From: Geosiphon pyriformis uo1 | Lineage: Eukaryota; Fungi; Glomeromycota | Length of the DNA: 64,000 nucleotides | Assembly (NCBI GenBank): GCA_016748015.1 | Contig: JAAOMT010000128.1 | Coordinates: 2,611,538-2,675,537, forward strand | Direction: 5' to 3' | Part shown: positions 37,743 through 50,002 of the stretch, one piece after another | How positions within the stretch are numbered: the stretch's first letter is position 1 | How the letters are laid out: every line of letters begins with the position of its first letter | Program-made: the position numbers and the translations under genes | Notes under the pieces: model-generated | Seen by the model: only the letters and a program-made list of their open reading frames with translations | What the model was told of the DNA's origin: nothing | The model's database searches: none

Positions 37743-38432
37743 TATAAGTTAAAGTAACAAGTTAATAGATAACAAGAGAGAACAAAATTGTATAATAATG
37801 GAATGGATCAAAAAAAATTTAACTTCAAAAAGCAAATTGAATAAGTATAAATTTAATGTACAAGATCAGTTTCATAAAATATCTCAATCACTATTCTTTT
37901 CAAAGAATAACCAGAAAATTTGAAGGTAGAGGAATAGTCTATATTGTTAAGATATGATAACATACTGATATAATTCTATGTCTTATATTGGTGTTCTTAA
38001 AATTTGATATCAAATATTAGATGTATTTTTTAGTTATATTTTATTTAATAATTTTCAAATATTACAATTATACAAGTCAGAAAAAAGGTAGGTAAATGCC
38101 AATAAGTAATCTTTTATTTCAAAATATTTAAATACTTGAAAGTAAAAAAAAAAATAAGCAATATAAAAAAGATTAAAATAATAGTTGTTATTTTATGTCT
38201 TTTATTTCTTATATTCTATTATGTTATTCTATAGTTAAAAAACTTATTGCTTATATAGCTATTAAAGGTAATTAATAATCAGATCAATAATCAAATTAAT
38301 AATCAGATCAATGATCAAATTATTAATCAAGTTAATAATTACTATCTAAAAATAGGGTGGCTAATTATATAATATTAGTGGCTAATACATATAATAATAA
38401 TTAATAAAAACTATAAGTTTTAACTATAATAA
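37743..38432 (-). repeat. 5' LTR, family B
   Basis: Direct repeat of 31260-31925, with short aatcagatcaat-like tandem units. Confidence 0.85.
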
Positions 38433-38449
38433 TATCAAGCATTTTGGTA

Positions 38450-41400
38450 ATAAAAAAGATATTTTTTTGGTCAAATCTGACTTTAGTAATAGTATGTCTT
38501 TAAATATAAATAGTAAATCTAGTAATAATAAAGACAGTAAATTTATGACTGATATTAGTAATAAGTTTTTTCTTGATTCAGTTGCTACTACTTTTAAAAC
38601 CAATAGAATAATTTTTAGTATAATTTGTGGCTTTCTCTTTAGTTCTTTTGATTTCAATATAGAAAAAAAAAATGGATCTCTCTTATCTCCTCTTAATATT
38701 TTATTAAACAGAAAATAGATTAATCTTAAAATTGTAAAAATTTTAATAAAAGTGTCTGTTAGGAAATTTTTTGTCTTAAATATTAATCTTTTAGCTATAA
38801 AAAACAAATTAATAATAATAAAAATTCAACTTATCAAGAAAATTTTTTCATTAATTAATAATTTTGGAAGAGTTATTGCTCCCTTAAAATTTGAAAAAAT
38901 CATTAAATCTATATTTATATCAAAAGAGAGTATGAAAAAAGCCACATTATTGGCTAAAAAAAAAAAATTATCATAAACAAAAATCTCAAAAAACAAAAAA
39001 TGCATTCAGATTAAACTATAATAATTAAAAAAATTTTCATAAACATGTTAAAAAAATAATTGTTATCATAGTAGCCAAGTGTGATTAAATAATATTAATT
39101 AAAATACAACTTATTAAACTGTAACAAAAAACTATAATAGAATTTGCTAAATCAAGTTAAGCTAATATATTAACTTTTTAGTAGTTATTTTTAATTGAAA
39201 AAGATTCAGTATATATAATCAAGACTGTAAAAAATTGTGATACTTAAATGTTAAAAAATTAGTTTAGAATATTTCTGTTTATTTTATCTGTAAAAATAAT
39301 TGCTCATAATTTTAATACTTTGTTAAAAAAGACTGGTAAAAAAATATGTATTATTAATTAGTTATTTAAAACTAATAATAAAATTTGCTGTACTGTAATT
39401 GGTTTTAGTACTAAGAAGAATCTAAAATCTGCTTTTTGTATTAAGCCTGTTTTTGGTAATAAAAAGCTCTTTTGGGCTAGATTAAATTGGGTTTATTGTA
39501 AAAAATATGAGCATTTTGAATATTTGATTTTAGAGTATAATATTTCTGGTGCTTTTGTTTATTTTTCTTTTAAAACTTATAAAAAAGTTGTATTAGATAA
39601 GAATTATCTTCAATTAACCAGATTATACATGAAATAAAACATTTTTATTTCTTGTTCTGCTGTTATTGATAGCAAATTATAAGCACAAGTGGTTTTATTT
39701 ATTGTTTTTTTTAATAGTATTGGCATTAGTTTTAGATCTAGATTATTTTTTTTAGTACTTTATATGTTGATGAAAGTCTTTTTTTATTCAAAACAATTTG
39801 TCTATTGGTGTTTATTTGGTCTTATTAGAATGTTTTTTAGAGTTTTTGGCTGATTAAATGTTTAGTATTATGTAAAAACTAAGCAATTTAAATTTAATGC
39901 TCCTAATATCTGTTTTTCAATTTTTTCCTTCAACTGCTTTTGTAATATTGAATTTAAAAGTAAATTTAGACATGATTTTAAATAATTTATTAGTATTATC
40001 TCTTTTTTTTTTCAATTGCAAAAATGAAATATTAAATTTGGATTTAAGTAGCTCAAAAATTTTAACCATTAAGATAAATGGCTTGAAATTAAAAATAGTT
40101 GCTTTTAAAATCTTTATAAGTTTAATTTTAAAGAGATTAAATTAGTTGTGGATTAGTTTAAGTCTTTTACTATATATTTTATCTTAATAAGCAATTTTTT
40201 TTGAAAAATTGCTATATATAATATTAAAGATATGAACAATTTGGCTAAACAAAAGAACATTATTAAGTAGCATAATAATTTTATTAATTTATTTCTTTTT
40301 TGACTGAAACAAAACTAAAAAAACAACACAGATCTTGGATAAAAAACAAATTTTCTGACTTAAAAATATTTGTGACTGGTTTAGATTTTAGTTACTTGGG
40401 TTTTAATATGACAATATTAATAGATAATATGCTCATTTATCATATTTATAAAGTTTTTGAGATTCCAAATTATCTACTCTTAATTTGTTTTTTATTTGGC
40501 AATAAAGTTTTAATAATAATTTTGGGCTTTTATGCTAGTATATTATTTGGTATGTAATTTGATTAAATATCTAAGATAAACTCTTTTATTGTTAAGACAA
40601 TTAATTCAAGTTTTTATATAATACTAGGAGGTAATTTCAATAAAAATAATTTAAAAAGAAGTGTAAGTTTTAAGAAATTTTTGAATTTGGATTTGTACAA
40701 TTTTCTGTTAAGTAACTTATTTGTCAAAATTCTAATGTAAAGCAATTTAAGAAATATAAAAAAAACTATTGACTGTGTTTTTGTTAATGAACATTTTTTA
40801 ACAATTGTAGTTAAATAAAAAATCAGTAATGTGTTTGCTTTTTTAAATACTAATTATTTGGCTGTTGTAGTTTTTATCAGTTTAAATAGTCTTTTAAACA
40901 AATATTTGGATACAGTCTAAAGGTATGCCAATAAAAATTGATGAAAGTTTAATTTTAAAAATATTGATAATACAAAGTGGGCTTAATTTAAAAAATGCTT
41001 GTCAAAAAAGATATCTTGTATGCTCTTTAAGTTTTAAAATGCAAAAAAACATAGTAATTTAGACATAATATAAAATTTTCTAAGAATAATAAAAGTCAAG
41101 TTGATGGATAAAATTTTCTTTAAAAATTGGTTCAAAAATTTTGGTAATTTTAAAAACAAGCAGTCTTCTCAATTCCACAAATTAAAAATTTTAATTTTAA
41201 AAATTGTTAGAGTTTTTTCTTCAAAAAATACTGTTAAGTTTAATTGCTTTAAGTAAGTTTGATTAAGATTGAATATTAGTAATTTTATTGGATTGTTTTC
41301 TTTAATCAAAAATGAGACAAAAAATAAAGAGATTTTCCTTTATTTATTAAAAGTTAAGAAAAAGTATTGGGTGTTTAAATATCAAGAATTTAAAACTATA

Positions 41401-43752
41401 AAGACAACTGTAATTAAGAGTGCTATTGATAGAAAAATAAAAAACTTTTGTACAAACAAAAGTTATATAATTTGAAATATTTTAGAGAGACTTTTTCAAA
41501 AAATAGTTTTAAATTATTTGGTGATTAATAAAAAGTTGATTTTAAAACCTAAAATAGTAAAAAATTAGATTAGAAAGAGATTGATATCTGAGATAATATC
41601 ACTTCTTTGGTTTTAGCAATATATGTTCTTAAATTATATTAAAAATAAAACATTTTTTAAGGTTATAAAACCAATTAGCTTGAAGTTGTTAACTTAAATA
41701 ATAAAAAATTTACCTAATAATAAGACTATTGACTTGTTTGGTATTTTAAATAAGTTGTGGAAGCATTGTGGTTTTGAAATCAGAGATTGTCTCTTGGTCT
41801 TATTGAATTGTTGTCTAAATATTAGTATAGTTCTTATCTTATAAAAAAAAGCTTGGGTTTCTATAATTCTAAAGTCTTATAATTGAAATAATATATTAAT
41901 TAATACTAAACCAATAGTATTGATTGAAACATTCAGAAAAATTCTGTCAAAGATTTTTTCAGACTGAATTTCTTTTGTATGTAGCAAATCTGGTGTTCTT
42001 TATAAAAATAATTTTTTGGTATTAAAAAATACATCAATTTAATTTTTAATATTTATAATAAGCTTAATTGTTAAAAATATTTTGGAAAAAACAGAAAATT
42101 GTAGTTGGTTTTATAAAATGTGTACAAAGTATATGATTTGGTTGGCTAATATTATTTAAAAAACAGCTTAAGATGCATCAAAATATGTAAGCAATTTATT
42201 AATTTTTTTGGTAACATATATTAAAATCAAATTAATAAAGTAATAACTAATTTTGGTCTTTTGAAAAGTTATTGTGTACTTTAATAGTTTGAATCAAGAC
42301 AAAGTTTTTTTATCTCTTTTTTGAAGAATTTTTTATAATTTTTTTTATGTGAAGTTAAAAGACATAAACATTTGTGTAATTACTAAATTAATATAAAGTT
42401 TGTAATTAAGTCTGGCAGAATAGAAAACACAAAAAGAAAAACTTCTTTTTTGTAGCTAGAACTTTTGTTGATAATACTATTTGAATAAAAAATAATCAGA
42501 CTTCAATACAGTACATTTTAAATATTACCAGTAAGTTTTTTAAGATCAATAATATTTTAATTAATAATGACAAACAGTGATTATTCTTATTAACTAGAAA
42601 GTTAAAAATACTTATTTAGAAATTAATAGATGTCTTATATTAATTACAAAAAAAGATGAATTATACTGTTACTTAAGAATTTTTTTTTACCAAAAATTTA
42701 TTTAAGTCTAGTTTGGTCAAGATTTATTTAGATATTAGGTTTTTTGTAAATGTGGTTTTAAAAAAAACAATTTGAGATAAACAGTTTTACTACTTGGTTT
42801 TTATTGTTTTATAACTTATAGTTAGTTATTATATACAGTTTAGTTTTGTTTTAATTAATGTTTGCTATAAATGAGATGTGTTAATTAAAAAAAGTTTGAG
42901 GTCAAAGACTAAATTGCCTAGAGATTTTCTTAATAAAGTTTTATATTATCTGTTGTTATATGGCTTAAAATTTTTTAAACAGTTGCAGACTAAAAATAAA
43001 GTGACTTTAATTATTTTGTTTACAAATTCTAAAAGTATTCTCAACTATCTTTTTGATTATTATTTTTTGGATCTGCAGACTTTGGGTTGGACTTTGGCAG
43101 TATCTTGTTAGATTAAAAGTCAGTTTTATAAACAAGTATTTTACAGTCCAAGCAAGTTTTATTCTTTTTTGGTTTATGATTACATCTAGTTTTTTGGATA
43201 AGTTAGAATTTGTTATTAAGGATAAAATAAATATTTTGGGTTTAATGTCTTATAATGTCTTGAATTTAGATGATTTTGGTTTAATTTAAGACTTATTATA
43301 TAAGGTTTGAGCTAATGCTTTTGATATATACACAAATGACTTATTTAAAAGTTTAAGTTTATCAAAAGTGGTTAAAAAAGTAGTTGTTTATTTTTTAAAT
43401 GTGAATATAAGTATAGGTATTGAAGTTTTTAGAATAGTATTCTTTACAATAAATAAACTACAGATTGTTATTTTGGCTCTGGAATGTGTGTTTTTTTTCA
43501 ACACAGTAGTTTTATATTTAAACAGCCAAATGGCTATTAATGTATATACTTTAAAACTTGTTTTGTTTAGGCTAAACTTTTGCAACTGGTTTTAAATAGA
43601 AAAATGTTATGTTACCAATTTAGTAAAAAACAAAAATTTAAAAATAATCTAGTTAAATATTAAAAAACATTTGAATGTTCTTAGAAATAATTAAGCAAAT
43701 AAGCTAATTAGTATTATTATTCATTTTTTTTTGCTTTTTTTTGTTAGAGTTT
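38450..43752 (+). mobile_element. Degenerate LINE (ORF1, APE, RT, RNase H), truncated at both ends
   Basis: APE start KIA.YNIK...TETKL (~40200-40320), KPIVLIETFRK (~41910), RT FVDNTI (~42464) and RNase H IYTN.L (~43325). Same family as 22609-29152. Confidence 0.8.
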
Positions 43753-45642
43753 TGAAATAGTATTTGATAGTATTACTAAAGATTTTTGGTCTTTTTTCTT
43801 AAATGTTGGTAATATTAGTTTGCTGTTTAATTTACGATTATTAAAAGCTAATAAACCTTTGATAACTGAATTTATCTTCAAATTATCTCTTATAATTTGA
43901 ACTACTAAGTTTATAAGTAAAATAGCCAATTTTGTGCCAGTTATTTTGTATAGTTATATTGTAATCAACATCAACTTTTTTCCAAAAATTACTTATCTGA
44001 AAGTTTATTAAATATGTAGTTACTTTGTTGTGAAAGTTAATTCTTTCTTAGGAATTGTTTGTCTAAAAGCTTATTAAAAATGTGCAATTATTTTGTTATA
44101 AAAATCAACTCTTTTACAAGAATCTTGTCTGTAAGCTATCTTAATAATTATAATAAGAAATATAAAAGAAAATAAAAAAAATGTAAAAGAAATAAGATTT
44201 TGTTAAAAAAATTGTTTTCTGGTTTAGACCTAAAGTTATTAACAAATTACTGAAATTGATAGCTAATTAATTTCAAAATGTTAATTGGTTTTGAAAAATA
44301 TTAAGTATAATTATTTTACAAATTGGTTTTTAAATTATATTTTTATTTAGAATTTTACTAATAAGAATAAATCTAAAGTAAAATATCTATAATAAGATAA
44401 TTATAAAAAAAATAAGATATATTTTCTTAAAAAAAGAAGCTTTTTTTTTATACAACTTATTATAATATTAGTTTATAAACTTGAACTTTTTTTTTGCTAT
44501 GATTTCGATAAATTAAAGATACATTTCAATAAACTACAAGTTATTTCATTAAATTATTAACTATTTTGGTGAATTATTTATTATTTTAGCAAATTTCTAT
44601 AAATTTTGGTAAATTCTTAAATGTTATATAATTCAAAATATTGTGTAATTTGATCATCTTAATTTTTTTATTTTTTTTATTTAACAAGTGAGGTCCAAAT
44701 GCAACTTAGCACTATACATCATACAAATGATCTAAACTAAGAGTGAATCATGCACTTTCTACACGTGACCAGCCACTCAGGCTAGTCAGGATTATACTAT
44801 ATACTTATATGCACAGATATCAAATTCCCAATACCTGAGAAAAACAAACAAAGTTTGCGAAACCCAAAACTAACTCCAAAGGCTTCAGTCACACCCAGCA
44901 ATCTAATAACACCAGCCAAGAGTGCTGTAGGCAAACCAGAAATTGAAGCAGGAATAGATCCATCACGTGGAATTAAACCATGCTTTTCCATAAATGCCTG
45001 GTGCTTGGCATGAACCAGCCAGATGTTATTCCGAAATGTAAGACACAACTCACACACAAAATTCACAATATTATTAGACCCAACCTTAGAATCTTTAAAA
45101 ACTGAGACAAACTCACAATACCAGTCCTTGAAAACAAAGCCCTTACACAAAGCAGCACTAATCCCAACATTGGAAACACAAGAAGCCAACAACTGCAAAA
45201 CACATAAAAAAGAGTGAGACAAACCAGACAGAGTCTTCCAAGCTAAAGCATAAGTGTCCAGCAATTGGGTACAGCTAGTGGCATCATGAGAACAAGAAAA
45301 ACATGATCTGAGATCTCAACATTACCATAAAACAAACACACCATACTGGAATATCCTCTATTATACAAGTACTTGCACATAGCAACTGGAAGTCTATGAT
45401 AGAAAGCTTTCATAAAGTATGTCTGAAAGCCAGCCATATGCATATTAATAGAGCCAGCAGCTAAGTGAGAATTGGGATGCCACACCAGAGAAGACTTAAA
45501 CCACATCTTAATTTCTATTATACAAATTGGATTATTAATTAAATGGTAATTTTTGATAATTTTTAATTAAATAATAAGTGATAATTTAAATAATAATAAT
45601 ATATGCTAATTAATAATAAAAATTATAAGATAATTTTATGCT
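43753..45642 (-). mobile_element. Family A LTR/leader fragment, interrupted by a short LINE at 44666-45503
   Basis: Colinear with 53850-54795, including three ~67-bp tandem units. Confidence 0.8.
44666..45503 (-). mobile_element. Young 5'-truncated LINE copy (~840 bp, 3' end of ORF2 plus A-rich tail)
   Basis: Much less mutated: ORFs 44797-45264 and 45243-45506 read HRLPVA...CLFYG.VE.SDHVF. T-tract at 44666-44682. TSD catcttaattt at 44655-44665 and 45504-45514. Confidence 0.9.
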
Positions 45643-46334
45643 CATTTTTTTTTAAAGTACTAAACAGAATGTAGACTCTTTATTAAAATGTTTTTTGAAA
45701 GTTTTTTTTGTTGATTGGCTGTACTGAATATGTTTTTACTGTAAAGTTAATTGGTAATATTGCTGTTTTTTTATAAATTAGATCAAAGAATATGTGTTTC
45801 ATAATATTTTGTTTTAGTGTTTTGTATGTTAATAATATTAATAAAATAAAAATTCCCATTTTTGTTCAAAATTAATTGAGACTTTAGCTAATAATTTACA
45901 CAATGTTCAGTTAAAACATTTCACTAATCTGTTTATTTAAAAATAATAAGATAATAATAAAGATTTTTTAACATTAAATTGTTCACAAATTTTTTGTATC
46001 AAGTTGTTCACAAAATGTGTTTTTTAATTGAATAAGAGTTTAATTAAGCATCTATGTCTACAAATAATGTCTTTGTAAATAAATTTTGCTATTGATTTTG
46101 CATTTGCTTTTTAAATAATTCTGGTTTTAAGCCATTTAATAAAATAATTTATTATGACTGCTATATAATGGTTTTTTTGAGTGGTGATAAGTAATAGTCT
46201 AACTAAATTGATTTTGACTCTGTCAAAAAGTTGTTTAACTTTGATTAAATTTAATGATTTAGTGGAATAAGTTTCTTTTTTTCTTTAACAACTATTACAA
46301 GATTCTATATATTCTTGAATATTTTAATACATAT

Positions 46335-47155
46335 TATTATAAGTGATTATTTGGAATCTCAAAGCAAATAACAAACCTGTAACTTGGTACTCAATAGCGA
46401 ATACAATTGGTATTATTTGAAGGTTTTAGTATCTGAAAGTTTTGGATTGAGTCTTTTGTATAATAAACAGAAATTTAATAGAGAGTTTTTTTATTAATGT
46501 TTCTAGTGTCTACTCTTGGTGTATTTTGTTTTGTTGTCTATTGCTTTCTGGAATTGCAATTCTGTCAATTTTTTTCCTGGCATAGTGGCTGGCAATCTCT
46601 TGATAAGTTATTCTTAATTTTAAGTGTCTACTTTTATTCCTGGGTCTTTTACCAATACTATATTCTGATGTTAGTACTTTATGTGTTAATTTTTTTAAAT
46701 TAATTAGTAAATCAACAACAAAAAATAAAAAATAAAAGAAATAAAAAAATAAAATAAGAAATAAACCAAGGCAAAAAAAGTTAATATTCTGTTAATAACC
46801 ATAATTAAGAGTTATTGTTCTAGTGTGATCAAGTATTGAATACTATCAACATGAAATATTGATAGTGTAAAGAGTAATTTAGATGGTAAATAATTATTTT
46901 ATTGATATTGATAATTCTAATTAAAATGTTTTAATAATAAAATCTTAGTATTGATTTTTTTTTCTGCTTTTAATGCTCTTACTATATATACATAAAATAA
47001 GTTCTATAAGATTATTCACATTCTTGAATAATGTACTATAATTTTTTAAACAATATTTACATTGCTAAGCAATATGCTCACATATTAACTACTATTTTCC
47101 TATTGGTCTATCTGTTTTTTCTATTATTTCTTGTATGCTTTTTCTATGAGTAACA
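46335..47155. repeat. Solo LTR, family C, inserted in the integrase of the family A element
   Basis: Homologous to 57284-58145 and ends GAGTAACA. 4-bp flanks atat/atgt. Integrase sequence continues on both sides. Confidence 0.75.
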
Positions 47156-49223
47156 ATGTATAACCAAAAATAATATTTAAGTATTCTTTGAATTATACTA
47201 TTTTTTCCTAAGTATGCTAATAAAAAATTTATGTATATGTTGTATAAGATAATTTTCTTTATTTTGTTGGACTAATTTGAATAAATTTGTTGAGTTTTTG
47301 CAATTTTGGTAATAAATTTTGTTATGGTAAATAAAATATTGTTTTGCTTGGTTTTATAATTGGTATTTTTTAATTAAAGACCAATTTTTTAGTATGTTAA
47401 AAGTCTTCAAATAGTTTTTAATGTTGTTATAGTTTTTGGAATCTATTGTTTTGTTATTAATTTATTTTTTGAGTTGTTGAGTTGTTGATATGAGTTTTAA
47501 TCTTGTCTTATTCTGAAAGGCTATTAATATTTGTATGTAATTTTTCTGGTTTGTAATACACAATATATTTGTAATTGGCTAGAAAATCAGTTTATCAAGA
47601 TTGTTTTACATTAAGTTTAGAGCTTTTTTTGTTAAGCCATTTAAGGCCAATATTATTAGTGATAATATTAAATTGGGTTTCATTTTTAAAGTATTGTTGA
47701 AAGTGTTTAAGAGCCCAAATAATAGCTATTGCTTTTAATTCAGTTGAGCTATATTTGAATTCAGTTGGCTTAAGAATTCTGCTAACATAAACAATTATTT
47801 ATTCATTGCTATTATTATTCAATTATAATAAAATAGTATTAAAGACTGTATGTAAAGCATTAATAGCTAACTGAAATTTTTTGCTAAAGTTAAAATAAAC
47901 AAGAATTAAAGCCATAGTAAGTCTTTTTTTAAGAATGTTAAATGCTTGTTATTGGGCTTAGATTTATTGGTATCTAATATTTTTATTGGTCAAATAGTTA
48001 AGTAATTTGGTAATTTTAGAGAATTTTTTGATAAACTTTCAGTAATAAAAAACTAATCTTGTAAATTTTCTTAGTTCTGTGGTATTTTAAGGAATTTAAA
48101 AGTTTTTAACAACACTAATTGTTTTTGGATTAAGTTGAACTTCATCTTTGCTAATAATGTATCCAAGAAAAATCAAACTTGTTTTCTTAAAGTAATATTT
48201 TTTAATATTCAATTTCAATCCTGATTTTTATAATTGTTAAAAAACTTCTTGCAAATAGATCAAATAAGCTTTGAAACTTGAAGAGTACATATTAATATTA
48301 TTAAGATAAACAACTACTGATTGTTATAGAAGTCTTTTATAAACAACATTTATTAGTCATTAGAATGTTATTAGTGTATTGCAAAGTCTAAAAAGCATAA
48401 TATTAAATTTCTAGTTTTCTTTTTAAGTAGTGAAAACTGTTTTGAAATGGTTTTTGGAATTTATTTTAACTTGCCAGTATTTACTTTTTAAGTCTAAAGT
48501 TAAGAAAAACTTGGCTTTTCCAAAAGTATTTAGCATATTGTTAATTTTTAAAAGGAGGTATATATTTTTAATTATTATACTATTAAGTTAACAATAATCT
48601 ACACAGAATCTGATTTTGCTATTTTTTTTAACAAAAACTACTGGTAAAATCCAAAGATTTTTTGATAATTAAATAAGACTATTGTTAAGCATCTGTTGTA
48701 TTTTTTTTCTAATGAATTGGTAATTAATAAATAGGACTTAATAGGCTTATTAGCATTTTGATAAAGCATTTTTTATGTGAATTTAATGTTATATAATATC
48801 AGTTTTTTCGAGATTATTGTTATTTTTGGCAAATATATTAGCATGTTTAACAATTAACTGTTTTAATTGTCTTTGTTATTGGAATTCCAAGAAACCTATA
48901 TTGATTTGAAAAAATTTTTCTTCCATAAGTTGGTAATTTTTTATATTAGAAATAATATTTAGATTGAAAAGAAGAATATGTCTCACAATTTTAATAAAAT
49001 TTAAAACAATTTAAGAGCTTTCTTTTGAAAAATGTTATTATGTATGATTCTAATTTCCAGTCTATTTAATAAAATGATAAGGTATTTGTTAAGATTATAA
49101 AAAATAACTCAAAATTTCTTCATTTTTTTTGGAATATAGAGATTTGGAATCAAAATTTTGTGCTTTGTGCAGATTTGTTTATTTGATTTAAAGATTTGCT
49201 ATATAATAGTAAGTTTTGGGCAG

Positions 49224-50002
49224 TATTATAAATGATTATTTGAAATGTTGGTACAAATAACAAATCTGTAACTTGGTGCTTAATAGCTGGTAATATTAAT
49301 AATTTCTAAAGATTTTGGAGTTTGAAGGTTTTAGTTGAGTTTTTTGTATAATAGACAAAGATTCAATTAATAGTTTCTTTTATGAATTTTTTTTTAGCAT
49401 AATAGTCAGTTTATTTTGACAGTTGTGCCCTTCTGATAAGCTATTTTTAAATTTTTACTTTTATTTCTGAATTTTTTATTAGACTATCCTTAATATCAAA
49501 TACTTAGTACTTAATTTCTTTAATTAATTAGTAAACAACAAAAAAATAAAAAATAAAAAATAAAAAAAAATTAAGAAATTAGTATTTTATTAATAGTCAT
49601 AATCAAAAGCTATTGTTTTAGTATGATTAAATATTGGATTTTATCAACATGAAGTGTTAATAAAATAAAATAAATTAATACTTTTTTAATTAAGTAATAA
49701 TAACATAAATTTGATAATAATAGATAATTTTATTAATATAAAAATAATTTCACTTTAAATTATAGAAAACTATCTTTTAAAAAAAAATATTGTTCTAAAT
49801 TAATTTAAACTCTATTGAATTCTTTTGAAATTACTTTTTCTGCTTTTAATACTCTCATTATATATATATAATTTATGTTATATGAGATTCTTAAAAAATT
49901 TCACAATTTTTTAAAAGAATTTTGGAATTCTTTATTTTACTATGCCTATTTTTGATTGGCTATTTTACTTATTATTATAATTATTAATTTCTATAAGTAA
50001 TA
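49224..50002. repeat. Solo LTR, family C, inserted between dUTPase and RT
   Basis: Homologous to 57284-58145. 4-bp flanks gcag/acag. Confidence 0.75.

Larger units (their letters stand above)
31260..38432 (-). mobile_element. Structurally complete but degenerate Ty3/gypsy element, family B (LTR-gag-PR-RT-RNH-INT-LTR)
   Basis: Two direct LTRs. Integrase zinc-finger and core remnant H...YYW...CxxC...INIVGFLTIT..NNRYII (33230-33511), RT remnant ~34200-34700, protease LILDS (35439-35675), gag ~36000-37300. Confidence 0.85.
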
